A stretch of DNA of 38,784 bases from a virus (taxonomy: Duplodnaviria; Caudoviricetes). The DNA is taken from IMG/VR virus record IMGVR_UViG_3300048762_000230, positions 1-38,784 of that record; one strand, 5' to 3'. The notes beneath the pieces are model-generated. The model had not been told where the DNA came from. It searched no databases and saw only the letters and a list, made by a program, of their open reading frames with translations. Both the position numbers and the translations under genes were made by a program. Below are positions 18,122 to 27,072 of the stretch, in pieces. The number at the start of each line of letters is the position of its first letter. Position 1 is the stretch's first letter.

Positions 18122-19677
18122 AGCAAGTGGACCAGGACTTTACCCTTCAAGCCCCGCATGAGGAGGCTGCCGCGCTCATCCGCGGCAAGCCGGCGATAAC
18201 CCGCAGCGTATTTGACCAGCTCCTCCCGGAACTTCGCGCCAGGGCTTTTACGGTCACCGGCATTGAGGGAGCCAACACCCTGCAGCGCATTCGCGACGCC
18301 ATCGCCGGCATCGCGACGGGGCAGACCTGGGACGATGCCAAGAAGCAGATTGTCGAGGATCTGGACCCCTACCTTGGCGACGGCGCTCAGGTCCGGGCGG
18401 AGATGCTCTTGCGCACTCACGGCTTCCAGGCTTTCCAGGGCGCATTCTGGCGTTCGGCCCAGAAGGACCCGGACACGACGCATCTCCAATACCTGACGAT
18501 GGAGGATGATCGCGTGAGGGATTCACACGCGGCATTGGATGGGGTCGTGCTTCCCAAGGATGATCCCTTCTGGGCAAAGCACTTTCCGCCCTGGGAATGG
18601 GGCTGCCGGTGTTTAACGCGCTCGATGAACTCCGATCAGGTGGATGAAGAGCGCGCGGCCGACGCCGACAAGAATCCGGAAGACCACAACGTGATCGAAG
18701 GGGCAGTCCGCGACCAGCTCGAGCACGGAACCCTCATGCGCGAGGGGCGGCGTTTCGACGTCACAGCGCCCAGCGACGGGCCGGATGGCGCGGTCGCATT
18801 TCAATGGCACCCGGATAATTTACGGCTGCCCATCACTCAACTGCAGAGCCATTACGATCCGGGCATCTGGCTTCAATTCGAAGCCTGGGCCAAGAATCAG
18901 GAGATCGAGCCGGGCCGCACGATCTGGCAGTGGCTCAATGAGAAGCCTGTCAAATCAACCCGCAAACGCCGCACCGCTGCCAAGACGGAGGCGCCGGCGC
19001 CGGCGTTATCAAACGTTCCTGATGGGATACGGCAGCTTGCCGACCGATTCACGGCGGCAAAGTTCAGCAGGGAAGTGGTGGATCAAGTCCAAGCACTGCC
19101 TGCCGCGGTTGCGCCCTACATGGAAGATCTCTCCGTCCAGCCGTGGAGCGGGAGGGCACATTACGGTCCGACGGAACAGCGCGTTTATATGCGCAAGAAT
19201 CCGACCGATTGGTCCGGGACTCCAGACACGGCCGTCCACGAGATCGGCCATCATCTCCATTACAAGACCAATACGCTGACCTATACCCACACAGATCCAA
19301 GGTTCATTGAGGCGGCAGCCAGGGATGTGGTGGGATTCAAAAAGTGGGCGGAGCAGATGGCCGGGCCAAATTGGCAGCAAGAATTTTCTCCACGACGATC
19401 GACCTCATTAAAGCACATTTCCAGAGCGCTGGGCTATGGCGAATATTCCGAGGCGCTTCCACTGTCCGCCAGACGGCGCGTCATTCGATTTACGGATGCG
19501 ATCATGGGTATTTCCCGCGGGGAATATGGATTGGGGCATTCGCGTATGTATATGAGGCGCTATGGGTTCATGGAAGCCTTCACCCATGCATGGACGGCAA
19601 TCGTTGACAAAGACGCGGAATTTGCTAAGTTGTTTCCTGCGGTAACAGATCTGGTCCGCCAGATCCTGAAACTATGA
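18118..19677 (+). CDS. MuF (gp30) minor head protein with C-terminal HExxH metallopeptidase-like extension
   Basis: QYLTMEDDRVRDSHAALDG..DDPFW..HFPPWEWGCRC; linker; AVHEIGHHLH...MEAFTHAW. Confidence 0.9.
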   Translation: MKQVDQDFTLQAPHEEAAALIRGKPAITRSVFDQLLPELRARAFTVTGIEGANTLQRIRDAIAGIATGQTWDDAKKQIVEDLDPYLGDGAQVRAEMLLRTHGFQAFQGAFWRSAQKDPDTTHLQYLTMEDDRVRDSHAALDGVVLPKDDPFWAKHFPPWEWGCRCLTRSMNSDQVDEERAADADKNPEDHNVIEGAVRDQLEHGTLMREGRRFDVTAPSDGPDGAVAFQWHPDNLRLPITQLQSHYDPGIWLQFEAWAKNQEIEPGRTIWQWLNEKPVKSTRKRRTAAKTEAPAPALSNVPDGIRQLADRFTAAKFSREVVDQVQALPAAVAPYMEDLSVQPWSGRAHYGPTEQRVYMRKNPTDWSGTPDTAVHEIGHHLHYKTNTLTYTHTDPRFIEAAARDVVGFKKWAEQMAGPNWQQEFSPRRSTSLKHISRALGYGEYSEALPLSARRRVIRFTDAIMGISRGEYGLGHSRMYMRRYGFMEAFTHAWTAIVDKDAEFAKLFPAVTDLVRQILKL

Positions 19678-19868
19678 TCGCCATCGCCAATGAAGCGCAG
19701 GTGGACGCCTATTCGGAGAAGTTTGACAACTTTGACGAAGTGGGCCATCCCGCCATTGTCACAACCGCCCGCTTTGGTGATCTATTGCAAAAGGCAACCA
19801 ATCGCGGAAGCCCGTTGACTCGCCAAGAGGTGGAGGCGGTTTTCGGCGACCTCAGTTGGGAGGAGTGA
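19674..19868 (+). CDS. Small acidic protein, candidate MuF immunity protein
   Basis: 64 aa, ATGA-coupled to MuF, between MuF and gpG. Confidence 0.55.
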   Translation: MIAIANEAQVDAYSEKFDNFDEVGHPAIVTTARFGDLLQKATNRGSPLTRQEVEAVFGDLSWEE

Positions 19869-19874
19869 TCCTCC

Positions 19875-20396
19875 ATGGCGAACGTCAAGTTCACCATCAA
19901 CCGCAACGACATCTCACCGAAGCTTTCGGGCATGGCAAGCGTGGCCCATCATCCGGCGCCCGTCTTCCGTTCCATGGGAATGGCGCTGATGAGCCTCACC
20001 ACGGGCAACTTCAATTCCGCCGGAGCCCAGTACCGTCCCACGCCCTGGCCGGCGAAGAAAGACGGCTCGCCTGCTACGCTCAAAAAGAGCGGCCTGCTCT
20101 GGCATTCATTCCATCTGTCGGTGAGCGACACGGGAGCTACGCTGAGCAATCCAACGCCCTACGCGGCCCGTCACCAGTTTGGCGATCGCGGCTATGTGCC
20201 CGGGAAAAAAGTTGGCACGGTGAAAACCAAGTTCGCCAACAACCGTTACAAGGGCTCCTTCCAGGATGTGATGGCTGGATCTCACGGAATGCCGCCGCGC
20301 CCCTTCGTTCCGGTGGACGCCAACGGACGCCTGACACCCGCCGCGTTCGAGATTTTAAAACAGGCCGGCTATCGCGCGATCATGCGCCAGTACTGA
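19875..20396 (+). CDS. Virion morphogenesis protein (Mu gpG / tail completion)
   Basis: TLKKSGLLWHS, PYAARHQFG, MPPRPFVP. Confidence 0.9.
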   Translation: MANVKFTINRNDISPKLSGMASVAHHPAPVFRSMGMALMSLTTGNFNSAGAQYRPTPWPAKKDGSPATLKKSGLLWHSFHLSVSDTGATLSNPTPYAARHQFGDRGYVPGKKVGTVKTKFANNRYKGSFQDVMAGSHGMPPRPFVPVDANGRLTPAAFEILKQAGYRAIMRQY

Positions 20397-20409
20397 CTCT
20401 TCGCCCCTG

Positions 20410-20450
20410 AGTTTTCTTCGCCCTTCCCGCAGTCCGCGCCGGATGCGCTT
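20410..20450 (+). promoter_or_regulatory. Late promoter/activator-binding element, copy 2 (before protease, P_I-like)
   Basis: 39/41 identical to 11066-11106. Confidence 0.75.
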
Positions 20451-20475
20451 CATCGTTTGACTGGCGCGGGCCAAA

Positions 20476-21582
20476 GTGCGCGGCGTGATAGAGATCACAC
20501 TTCGATCAACTTATCTGTCCGGCGGCTTCAAGACCGTTGACGGCAAGCTTCCCGCGCGCATCAAGCTCCTTAACTGGGGCACCAATGCGACCAGTGAAGG
20601 TCCGGTGATCGTGGATGATCTGACGGCGAGCTTTTTCGCCGCCAACCAGAAAGCAATCGGGCGCGAGCGCGTTGCGCTGGACTTCGAGCATAACACGGTC
20701 CCCGGCACGCCCGAGTATGAGCGCACCCAGGAGCCCAGAAGGACCGCTGGCAGTCTGCAGCTTGTTTGCATCCCGGGCGAAGGCATCTTCGGTGAAGCTC
20801 TAACCTATACGGGCACCGGCATTCTTCACGCCGCTGATTTCGAGGACCTGAGTCTGGCGCCCTACCTGGATAAGGAAGGACGCGTAATCGCCGCGCATTC
20901 GGCGGCCCTGACCCGCACCGGGGCGACTTACGGCATCACCTTCAAGGCCGCGGACGCCGCCAGCCTCACTGCCTCTGAGAAATCTCTGGCCGCCGACCTC
21001 AAAACCCTGTCCGCCTCGAGTGGGGCGGTAGCTACCAAACAAACCAAAACTCAAGATCCTATGGCTGAAAAATATTTATCGTTGCCGGCTCTCGCCGTGC
21101 TTGTCGGGCTTTCCGCAACCGCTGAAGAGGCGGATGTGGTGTCCAAATTGAAAGAGCGGCTCACACCCGCCTCTCCGGTTGATCTCGCACCGCTCTTGGC
21201 GCGAATTGAAGCGATCGAGAAGAAATCCGCCCCCGTCGTGATCGACCTGGCGCCTCTCACAGCCCGGCTGGACAAATTCGAGACCCGGCTCAACACCGAG
21301 TCCAGCGCGTCAACCAGCAGCGAAAAAGCGCGCATTGTGGCTCTCTTCGCCAAAGAAGGCCAGGCGCCCGTCAATCCGGACACAGGCAAAGCCTACACCG
21401 CCGAGGAGCTGGGCAATCTGGATCTGCCGATCCTGCGGCTGCTCCACGCCAACACGGCGATCACCGTTCCGCTCAGCGCCCGGCCCCGCGTCACCATTGA
21501 CGGGAAGGTAATCGACCCGGCCCTGAAGGGCCGCAGCCGTTTCGTTGCCGCGCAGGAACGCGACATGGTCGTGAGGAACTAA
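20476..21582 (+). CDS. Head maturation protease/scaffold (Mu gpI-like)
   Basis: RIKLLNWG, VALDFEHNT, HSAALT; precedes capsid. Confidence 0.85.
   Translation: MRGVIEITLRSTYLSGGFKTVDGKLPARIKLLNWGTNATSEGPVIVDDLTASFFAANQKAIGRERVALDFEHNTVPGTPEYERTQEPRRTAGSLQLVCIPGEGIFGEALTYTGTGILHAADFEDLSLAPYLDKEGRVIAAHSAALTRTGATYGITFKAADAASLTASEKSLAADLKTLSASSGAVATKQTKTQDPMAEKYLSLPALAVLVGLSATAEEADVVSKLKERLTPASPVDLAPLLARIEAIEKKSAPVVIDLAPLTARLDKFETRLNTESSASTSSEKARIVALFAKEGQAPVNPDTGKAYTAEELGNLDLPILRLLHANTAITVPLSARPRVTIDGKVIDPALKGRSRFVAAQERDMVVRN
21061..21582 (+). CDS. Probable in-frame internally initiated scaffold (gpZ-like)
   Basis: In-frame ATG 21061 preceded by an A/C-rich leader like those of capsid and tube genes; LAVLVGLSATAEEADVV pattern; Mu I/Z precedent. 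Confidence 0.6.
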   Translation: MAEKYLSLPALAVLVGLSATAEEADVVSKLKERLTPASPVDLAPLLARIEAIEKKSAPVVIDLAPLTARLDKFETRLNTESSASTSSEKARIVALFAKEGQAPVNPDTGKAYTAEELGNLDLPILRLLHANTAITVPLSARPRVTIDGKVIDPALKGRSRFVAAQERDMVVRN

Positions 21583-21625
21583 CCGGAGCATTTCACTCAA
21601 CTCCAACAATCAATAACAAAAATAT

Positions 21626-22612
21626 ATGGCAGACCAATTTTTAAGCTTACTGGATATCACCGCTCGTCGCGGGACCGATCAGGCTGTGGGCCTGGTCGAG
21701 GAAGTCGTGACCTATGCGCCTGAAATCGAAAAGGTGATGGGCCGTCCCATCCCCGGCAATTACTACACGGCGCGCGTGCGCACGCTGTTGCCGGGCGGAG
21801 GCGCCTTCCGCAAAGCCAACGCTGGCGTCTCGATCAGCTCGAGCCGTTACATCCAAAAGCGCTTTGACTGTTTCAACTTCGACGCGCAGTTGCAGATCGA
21901 TGAAGCGGACATCAAGACGGCCGAAAACCAGGGTGATTCCGCCGCAGCGGTGATGGCTGACGAAGCCGGTGGCGCAATGCGCCAAAAGGCGATTGTCATG
22001 GGCCAGCAGTTCTACACCGGGCCAACCGATGATCCCTCCGGCGGATTCCCCGGCCTGATCAACTTCGTCAACTCGGCGCAGGTTATCGATGCATCGGGCA
22101 CCGCCGGCGGCGCATGCGAAGTTGCCTGGTTCATCTGGATGCATCCCCAGGGTGTGCATTTCCTCTTCGGCGGCAACCAGGGATTGGACATTGCCCCCTG
22201 GACCAAGCAGCAGGTCAAGGATTCCACGGGTGCCAGCTTCATGGCCTGGGTATCCAACATCAACGGCTTGATCGGCCTTTCCTGCGCGCACGTCCGCGCT
22301 GTGGGCGCCATCAAGAACATCGACAACACCGTCACCGGTGGCACCTATGCCCATCCGATCACGGATAAGTTGATCGCGCAGTTGGAATCGAAATTCCCGG
22401 TCGGCATCCAGCCCAACCTGGTGTTCATGTCCCGCGCCTCGCGCGCAGGGCTGCAAGTCAGCCGCACACCCACGCTCTTCGCGCAGCTCGGCGGCGGACG
22501 GCCGACCGTCGGCGACATCGGCGCGATCGCACCGCTGCCCACGGCCACGATGAGTGGCGTCCCGATCGTCCCCTCGGACTCGATCCAGTTGGGCAACCAG
22601 AATCCGTTTTAA
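21626..22612 (+). CDS. Major capsid protein
   Basis: 328 aa after protease; FRKANAG, FYTG....GFPGL, GVPIVPSDSI typical of HK97-fold capsids. Confidence 0.85.
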   Translation: MADQFLSLLDITARRGTDQAVGLVEEVVTYAPEIEKVMGRPIPGNYYTARVRTLLPGGGAFRKANAGVSISSSRYIQKRFDCFNFDAQLQIDEADIKTAENQGDSAAAVMADEAGGAMRQKAIVMGQQFYTGPTDDPSGGFPGLINFVNSAQVIDASGTAGGACEVAWFIWMHPQGVHFLFGGNQGLDIAPWTKQQVKDSTGASFMAWVSNINGLIGLSCAHVRAVGAIKNIDNTVTGGTYAHPITDKLIAQLESKFPVGIQPNLVFMSRASRAGLQVSRTPTLFAQLGGGRPTVGDIGAIAPLPTATMSGVPIVPSDSIQLGNQNPF

Positions 22613-22616
22613 CCTT

Positions 22617-22661
22617 TTCGCCCAGGCCTCTCCCGTGAAAGCGGGAGAGGCAATGGGCGAA
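22617..22661 (+). other. Long GC-rich hairpin with GAAA tetraloop after capsid gene
   Basis: TTCGCCCA/TGGGCGAA outer stem, GCCTCTCCCG/CGGGAGAGGC inner stem; no U-tract. Confidence 0.65.
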
Positions 22662-22693
22662 GAGTCAACCGCAACATCAACCAAATACCAACT

Positions 22694-23095
22694 TTGAAAG
22701 ACGCACAATTTACGGTTTCTTTGGCGCTCCCCAACACGGGCGCGAACAACAACACCGCCAGCCTGAACTTCAATCCTGAGCTGGCCGGGTTCCTGACCAA
22801 TCAATGGCGCTTGGGTTATTGGGCCGTGGCCGTGCCGGCATTGGCCGATCATACCAACACCTCCGTCAACAACACGCTGACGCTGCAGGACAGCGCGGAT
22901 GGCACCAACTTCGCCAACACGTCGCCTCTCGTTCAAATCCAGGTTCCCGGCGTGGCGTCCACCGGCAGCGCAGCGGCTACCGTCAAGGTCCCCAATACGC
23001 CCGGCATCCGCCAGTATGTGCGGTTTAACCAGAACATTCCGGCCAATGGCGGCAATGGAAACAACGCCGTCGTGACGTACTCGCTGAGCGTTTAA
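22694..23095 (+). CDS. Capsid decoration/cement protein (Bbp16-like)
   Basis: Beta-rich 133 aa after capsid; TLQDSADGTNF, RQYVRFN; TTG start with A/C-rich leader. Confidence 0.65.
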   Translation: MKDAQFTVSLALPNTGANNNTASLNFNPELAGFLTNQWRLGYWAVAVPALADHTNTSVNNTLTLQDSADGTNFANTSPLVQIQVPGVASTGSAAATVKVPNTPGIRQYVRFNQNIPANGGNGNNAVVTYSLSV

Positions 23096-23183
23096 AAGGT
23101 GTTCGGCGGCAACGCCGACTTCATGGTGGCGGCTGGTGTGGCGTGCATTCCATACCAGCCGCTTTCCGAAGGCCGGCACACCC

Positions 23184-23780
23184 ATGAAAGATCGCATCTT
23201 CACTTGCCCCCTGGATTGCCTGGCCGGCGTCGGCGAGGTCTTGGGCGGTCAATACAACGTTGCGATCCAAGTGGCCGGCGCGCCGCGCGTGCTGGATATC
23301 GGCGCCAATGTGGGCGCCTTCTCCCTTTACGCCTTGGGGCTGTGGCCACAGGCCCAGATCATCGCCTACGAGCCCCACCCGGCCATCTTCCGGTACCTGA
23401 GACAAAACACGGCGCAAATGGCCGTGACTTGCGTCGAGGCGGCCGTCGGGGATTCCAGCTTTGCCAGGCTTCGGCCTGGCTCGGACACCCGCCTTTGTTC
23501 CAGCCAATACGACCTCGGACGCCAGGGCAACGCCTCCATCGACATCAAGGTGATCCGGCCCGAGGACCTCCCGCCGGCCGATATCATCAAGATCGATACG
23601 GAGGGCGCCGAAGGTTACATCGTCAGCCATCTCCAATCCCACCCGCGTTTGCTGCTGGTTGAATATCACACCGAAGTGACGCGGATGCAGGTCGAGTGCG
23701 GCCTGCTCTCCAAAATGAAATTGATTTCCAGCCGCGTCGGCAGACCCGGCTACGGCTTCCTGGCTTTCATCGCCTCATGA
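23184..23780 (+). CDS. FkbM-family SAM-dependent methyltransferase
   Basis: VLDIGANVG, IAYEP, IIKIDTEGAE, VEYH. Confidence 0.92.
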   Translation: MKDRIFTCPLDCLAGVGEVLGGQYNVAIQVAGAPRVLDIGANVGAFSLYALGLWPQAQIIAYEPHPAIFRYLRQNTAQMAVTCVEAAVGDSSFARLRPGSDTRLCSSQYDLGRQGNASIDIKVIRPEDLPPADIIKIDTEGAEGYIVSHLQSHPRLLLVEYHTEVTRMQVECGLLSKMKLISSRVGRPGYGFLAFIAS

Positions 23781-24466
23781 ACGAACGCAAGGTCTATATC
23801 GCCGTCGCGGCGCATTTCGGCGCGCAGGACATGCTCTTTGTCCAGGCGCTGTGTCAACTGCTGGTCGCGCGGCCCTGCCCGATGCAGATCGGCTGGAATT
23901 GTGACCCGTGCATTGACCGGGCGCGGAACATCCTGGTCGCAAACTTCCTTGAGAGCGATTGCACTCACATCCTCTTCATCGACGGCGATATCGGGTTCAG
24001 CCCCGGCGACGTGACGCGGATCATCTCGCACGATGAGCCTGTGGTTGGCGGCATGTATCCCCTGAAGCGGGATGGCAAACAGATCGAATGGTGCGGCAAC
24101 GGGATCCTGGGCCGCGTGGCCGCGCTCCGCGATGACGGCCTCCAGGAGGTCCGCTATATTGGCACCGGTTTCATGTGCGTCGCGCGCGCGGCATTCGAGA
24201 AGATCATCGCGACGGATGGCGCAGCGATCCAATATGAGGCGGATAACGAGCCGCACCGCCGAGAATGGGCTTTCTTCCGGGAAGGCGTCTGCAAGACCGA
24301 TGACGCCAGAATCCGGTTCCTGACTGAGGATTGGTTTTTCTGCCAGCGCTGGCTCGATCTGGGCGGCCGGGTCTTTGGTGACACGCGTGTGCTGTTGCGC
24401 CACGCCGGGCGGGCTGTCTGGCCCCTGCCGCTCCAGGAAAATAATCCATTCAACCCTCCCGCCTGA
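23777..24466 (+). CDS. GT-A fold glycosyltransferase (GT2-like)
   Basis: IDRARN, HILFIDGDIGF (DxD), VVGGMYP, IGTGFM, TEDWFFC. Confidence 0.88.
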   Translation: MNERKVYIAVAAHFGAQDMLFVQALCQLLVARPCPMQIGWNCDPCIDRARNILVANFLESDCTHILFIDGDIGFSPGDVTRIISHDEPVVGGMYPLKRDGKQIEWCGNGILGRVAALRDDGLQEVRYIGTGFMCVARAAFEKIIATDGAAIQYEADNEPHRREWAFFREGVCKTDDARIRFLTEDWFFCQRWLDLGGRVFGDTRVLLRHAGRAVWPLPLQENNPFNPPA

Positions 24467-24879
24467 TGCCTTACGTCACCCAATCACAGGTCACCGCCAA
24501 GATCCCGGCGCCCGTTCTGAACGACGCGCTGGACGACGACGGCGACGGGCAGGCCGATCCGGGGTCCCTGGATAACATCATCGCCCTGGCCAGCCAGGAG
24601 GTTGACAGCTACCTGATGGGCCTCTTTAACACGCCCTTCCAGGATCCGGCCCCGGCGAAGGTTCAATCCGCAGCATTCAGTTTTGTATGCGAGATGATCT
24701 ACCAGCGCCGCGCCGTGCCGGAGGAAAAAAACCCGTTCACAGCGCCCGCGAAATTCTGGCGCGAGCATCTGCAAAAGGTCGGCAATCGGGAGCTGCCATT
24801 TGACGCCCAGGTCCAGAGGGCCTTCTGGCCCGGAGCAAAGATCACGACCGGAGTCAGCAACGACGTTCAGAGCACATGA
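24466..24879 (+). CDS. Head-tail adaptor (Mu gp36 / DUF1320-like)
   Basis: MPYVTQ...ASQEVDSYL...IYQRR. Confidence 0.85.
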   Translation: MPYVTQSQVTAKIPAPVLNDALDDDGDGQADPGSLDNIIALASQEVDSYLMGLFNTPFQDPAPAKVQSAAFSFVCEMIYQRRAVPEEKNPFTAPAKFWREHLQKVGNRELPFDAQVQRAFWPGAKITTGVSNDVQST

Positions 24880-25382
24880 CCATCGCCCAGCAATTAAAAG
24901 CGACTGCGAAAGCGCTCAAAGCCTGGGCGTCAGGCAATAATGGCGTCGTCTCGATCGCCGGGGATCTTGAGGGCATGTTGACCGTTTTGCGCGAAGTTCC
25001 GGGCGCGGTCCGCGTCGTCGTGATGTTCCATCGCGAGGAGAAGAGGGGTGATTACGAAGAGCGCGGCGCGGTGGACCGCTATTTCTGGGTGGCGCTCGCG
25101 CGCGGGAAGGGATTGAAGATCGAGACGGGCGCCAACCTGGTGGAAGGCACCGCCGGCGGCGCGCCGCTCTTCGATCTCGTGGATGAAGCGCGCCAGGTGA
25201 TCCGCGGCTTGAGCTTTGATTCCGACACGACGGAGGTCACGCCCGATTACAAGGGGGCCGACCCGCTCACCGTGAACGGATTGACCCTGACCGATGTGCA
25301 ACGGTTGGAGTTCAGCATCGGCACGCAATTGCCGGCCGTTGATCAAAGCAATCCAACTGGAGGCAATACCGATGAAGGTTAG
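24876..25382 (+). CDS. Neck/tail terminator (Mu gp37-like)
   Basis: Synteny after gp36; LFDLVDEARQVIRGL. Confidence 0.6.
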   Translation: MTIAQQLKATAKALKAWASGNNGVVSIAGDLEGMLTVLREVPGAVRVVVMFHREEKRGDYEERGAVDRYFWVALARGKGLKIETGANLVEGTAGGAPLFDLVDEARQVIRGLSFDSDTTEVTPDYKGADPLTVNGLTLTDVQRLEFSIGTQLPAVDQSNPTGGNTDEG

Positions 25383-27069
25383 ACTCGCTTTCATTTGGAT
25401 TTTTGTCCTGACCTGCTCCTGGAGCGCGACAGCGGCCGATGTGTTTTTCCCGTTGCACGATTTCCGGTCGCTGCCGCCCACCAATCGGAATGCGCTGATC
25501 ACCCCCGTAGGGCTCTTGCCTGGAACCGCTTTCCTCACGGTCCAGGATAAATGGATGTACCAGACCGGAACGAACGGGTCATTCTGGGTGAGCAACATGG
25601 TCCCCGGCAGTTATGTGCTCACAGTTATGGGACCTCCGACGACCAGCTTCTTTCCTTTTTTCGTGGACCCCACGAACCAGACGCAGAACGCCGCAGCCAA
25701 CGTCATCACGTCAACGAACCTGGCCTGGCCGCCCAACGGCTTTGCATGGACAGCGCAGGCTTCGGATGCGCGCTACGGAGCCGGATCCACCGGGCTCCTA
25801 TCGTTGTCGTGGGGTGGTTACGTGGCTCTTTCGAGCAACCTGGTTCAAACCGTCACTCTTGTGACCAACGTCGCCTACCTCGCCACGGGCGCCGGTTCCT
25901 CTTTTGCAAATGGACTCTTCCTTCCAGCCGCTTCGAATGGCTCTGTTTATACCAACACCGCGGCCACGACGCTTTCAAGCAACCCTTATGAGCAATGGTA
26001 TTTCGCCCCACCGAGCGGAGTCTGGGCCTATTCATCCCGCTCCGCATCTTCGACGCCCCCTACCGGCGCGGGACAATTTACGGTTGATATGGGGGTCTCG
26101 CCCGCGCCCGTTCTCACGATCTCAAACATCGTCTCCTCCGTCACTAACACGATCTATTTACCCCTCCTCCAAATCGTCTCTCCAGCCGGCCTGGGCGCCA
26201 GCGCGTTCTACGGCCAATTGATCTTCCCGCCAGGCGCTCAATTCGGCTATGTTCTCACCAGTGACACGAACGGGGCCGGCTCCTGGCAGGCGCCAGCCGC
26301 AGGGGTGGGAGGCGCGAACCTCTTCGCGCTGCAAACGAACTTCCTCACGCGCAATGTGGTCTTTGTTGATGCGGCCAATGGGGCGGACACCAACCCTGGC
26401 ACAGCCAACCTTCCATGGGCGACGATAGGCCACGCCCAGCAGAACACGCCAGCCGGCCTTACCATTGCAGTCGCTCCGGGGTCTTACGCGGACATTTTCA
26501 CGAACACAGCCCTCAACGTTTGGCTGGGTGACGGGGCCACGATCAACGTCTCCTACAGTTCAGCGGGCACGAACAGCATCGAGGGGTCTGGCAACGTGAT
26601 ACTCAGTGCCAGCGGAAGCTGGTCGGGCGGCACTTCCGCTACTGTTTACTGCAGGAACCTGACATGCGATGGCGCAAATCAAATCGGGGGGACAATGGAG
26701 GTCCACTGCGTTAACGCCACGAACATAATATTATTGGGCGCGAACAGCTCGACTCTGATCATTCACTGCGAGCATTTCTCGGGCAGCATGGCGACCGGAA
26801 CCGGGCTGGCCAGCCTCAAACTGTATGCCACGGAGGACGCCACCATGATCGCGCAATGGATCCTTGGGTCGAGCAGCGTCGTCTCTACCCCGTTGCTGTT
26901 TACTGGCGGCAACACCTTCTCGACCGGACCGGGTTTTACTTATGCTGTGGGTGGCACCTACTGCTCAGGCGTGGTCCCACTGTTCCCCGCCCACATGATG
27001 TTTTTAGGGGACCCCTACTTTGATCACGCCCCGACAGCGCCCAGCGCAGTGGGCACGATCCAGTATTGA
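25372..27069 (+). CDS. Signal-peptide protein with fibre-like motif and C-terminal beta-helix (DUF1565/pectin-lyase-like)
   Basis: GGAGG SD; MKVRLAFIWIFVLTCSWSATAA; GYVLTSDTNGAGSWQAP; VFVDAANGADTNPGTANLPWATIGHA. Confidence 0.7.
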   Translation: MKVRLAFIWIFVLTCSWSATAADVFFPLHDFRSLPPTNRNALITPVGLLPGTAFLTVQDKWMYQTGTNGSFWVSNMVPGSYVLTVMGPPTTSFFPFFVDPTNQTQNAAANVITSTNLAWPPNGFAWTAQASDARYGAGSTGLLSLSWGGYVALSSNLVQTVTLVTNVAYLATGAGSSFANGLFLPAASNGSVYTNTAATTLSSNPYEQWYFAPPSGVWAYSSRSASSTPPTGAGQFTVDMGVSPAPVLTISNIVSSVTNTIYLPLLQIVSPAGLGASAFYGQLIFPPGAQFGYVLTSDTNGAGSWQAPAAGVGGANLFALQTNFLTRNVVFVDAANGADTNPGTANLPWATIGHAQQNTPAGLTIAVAPGSYADIFTNTALNVWLGDGATINVSYSSAGTNSIEGSGNVILSASGSWSGGTSATVYCRNLTCDGANQIGGTMEVHCVNATNIILLGANSSTLIIHCEHFSGSMATGTGLASLKLYATEDATMIAQWILGSSSVVSTPLLFTGGNTFSTGPGFTYAVGGTYCSGVVPLFPAHMMFLGDPYFDHAPTAPSAVGTIQY

Positions 27070-27072
27070 TTT

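Noticed and set aside
21647-23203. 518-aa minus-strand ORF
   Set aside because: Antisense shadow of the capsid and decoration genes in GC-rich DNA; no motifs
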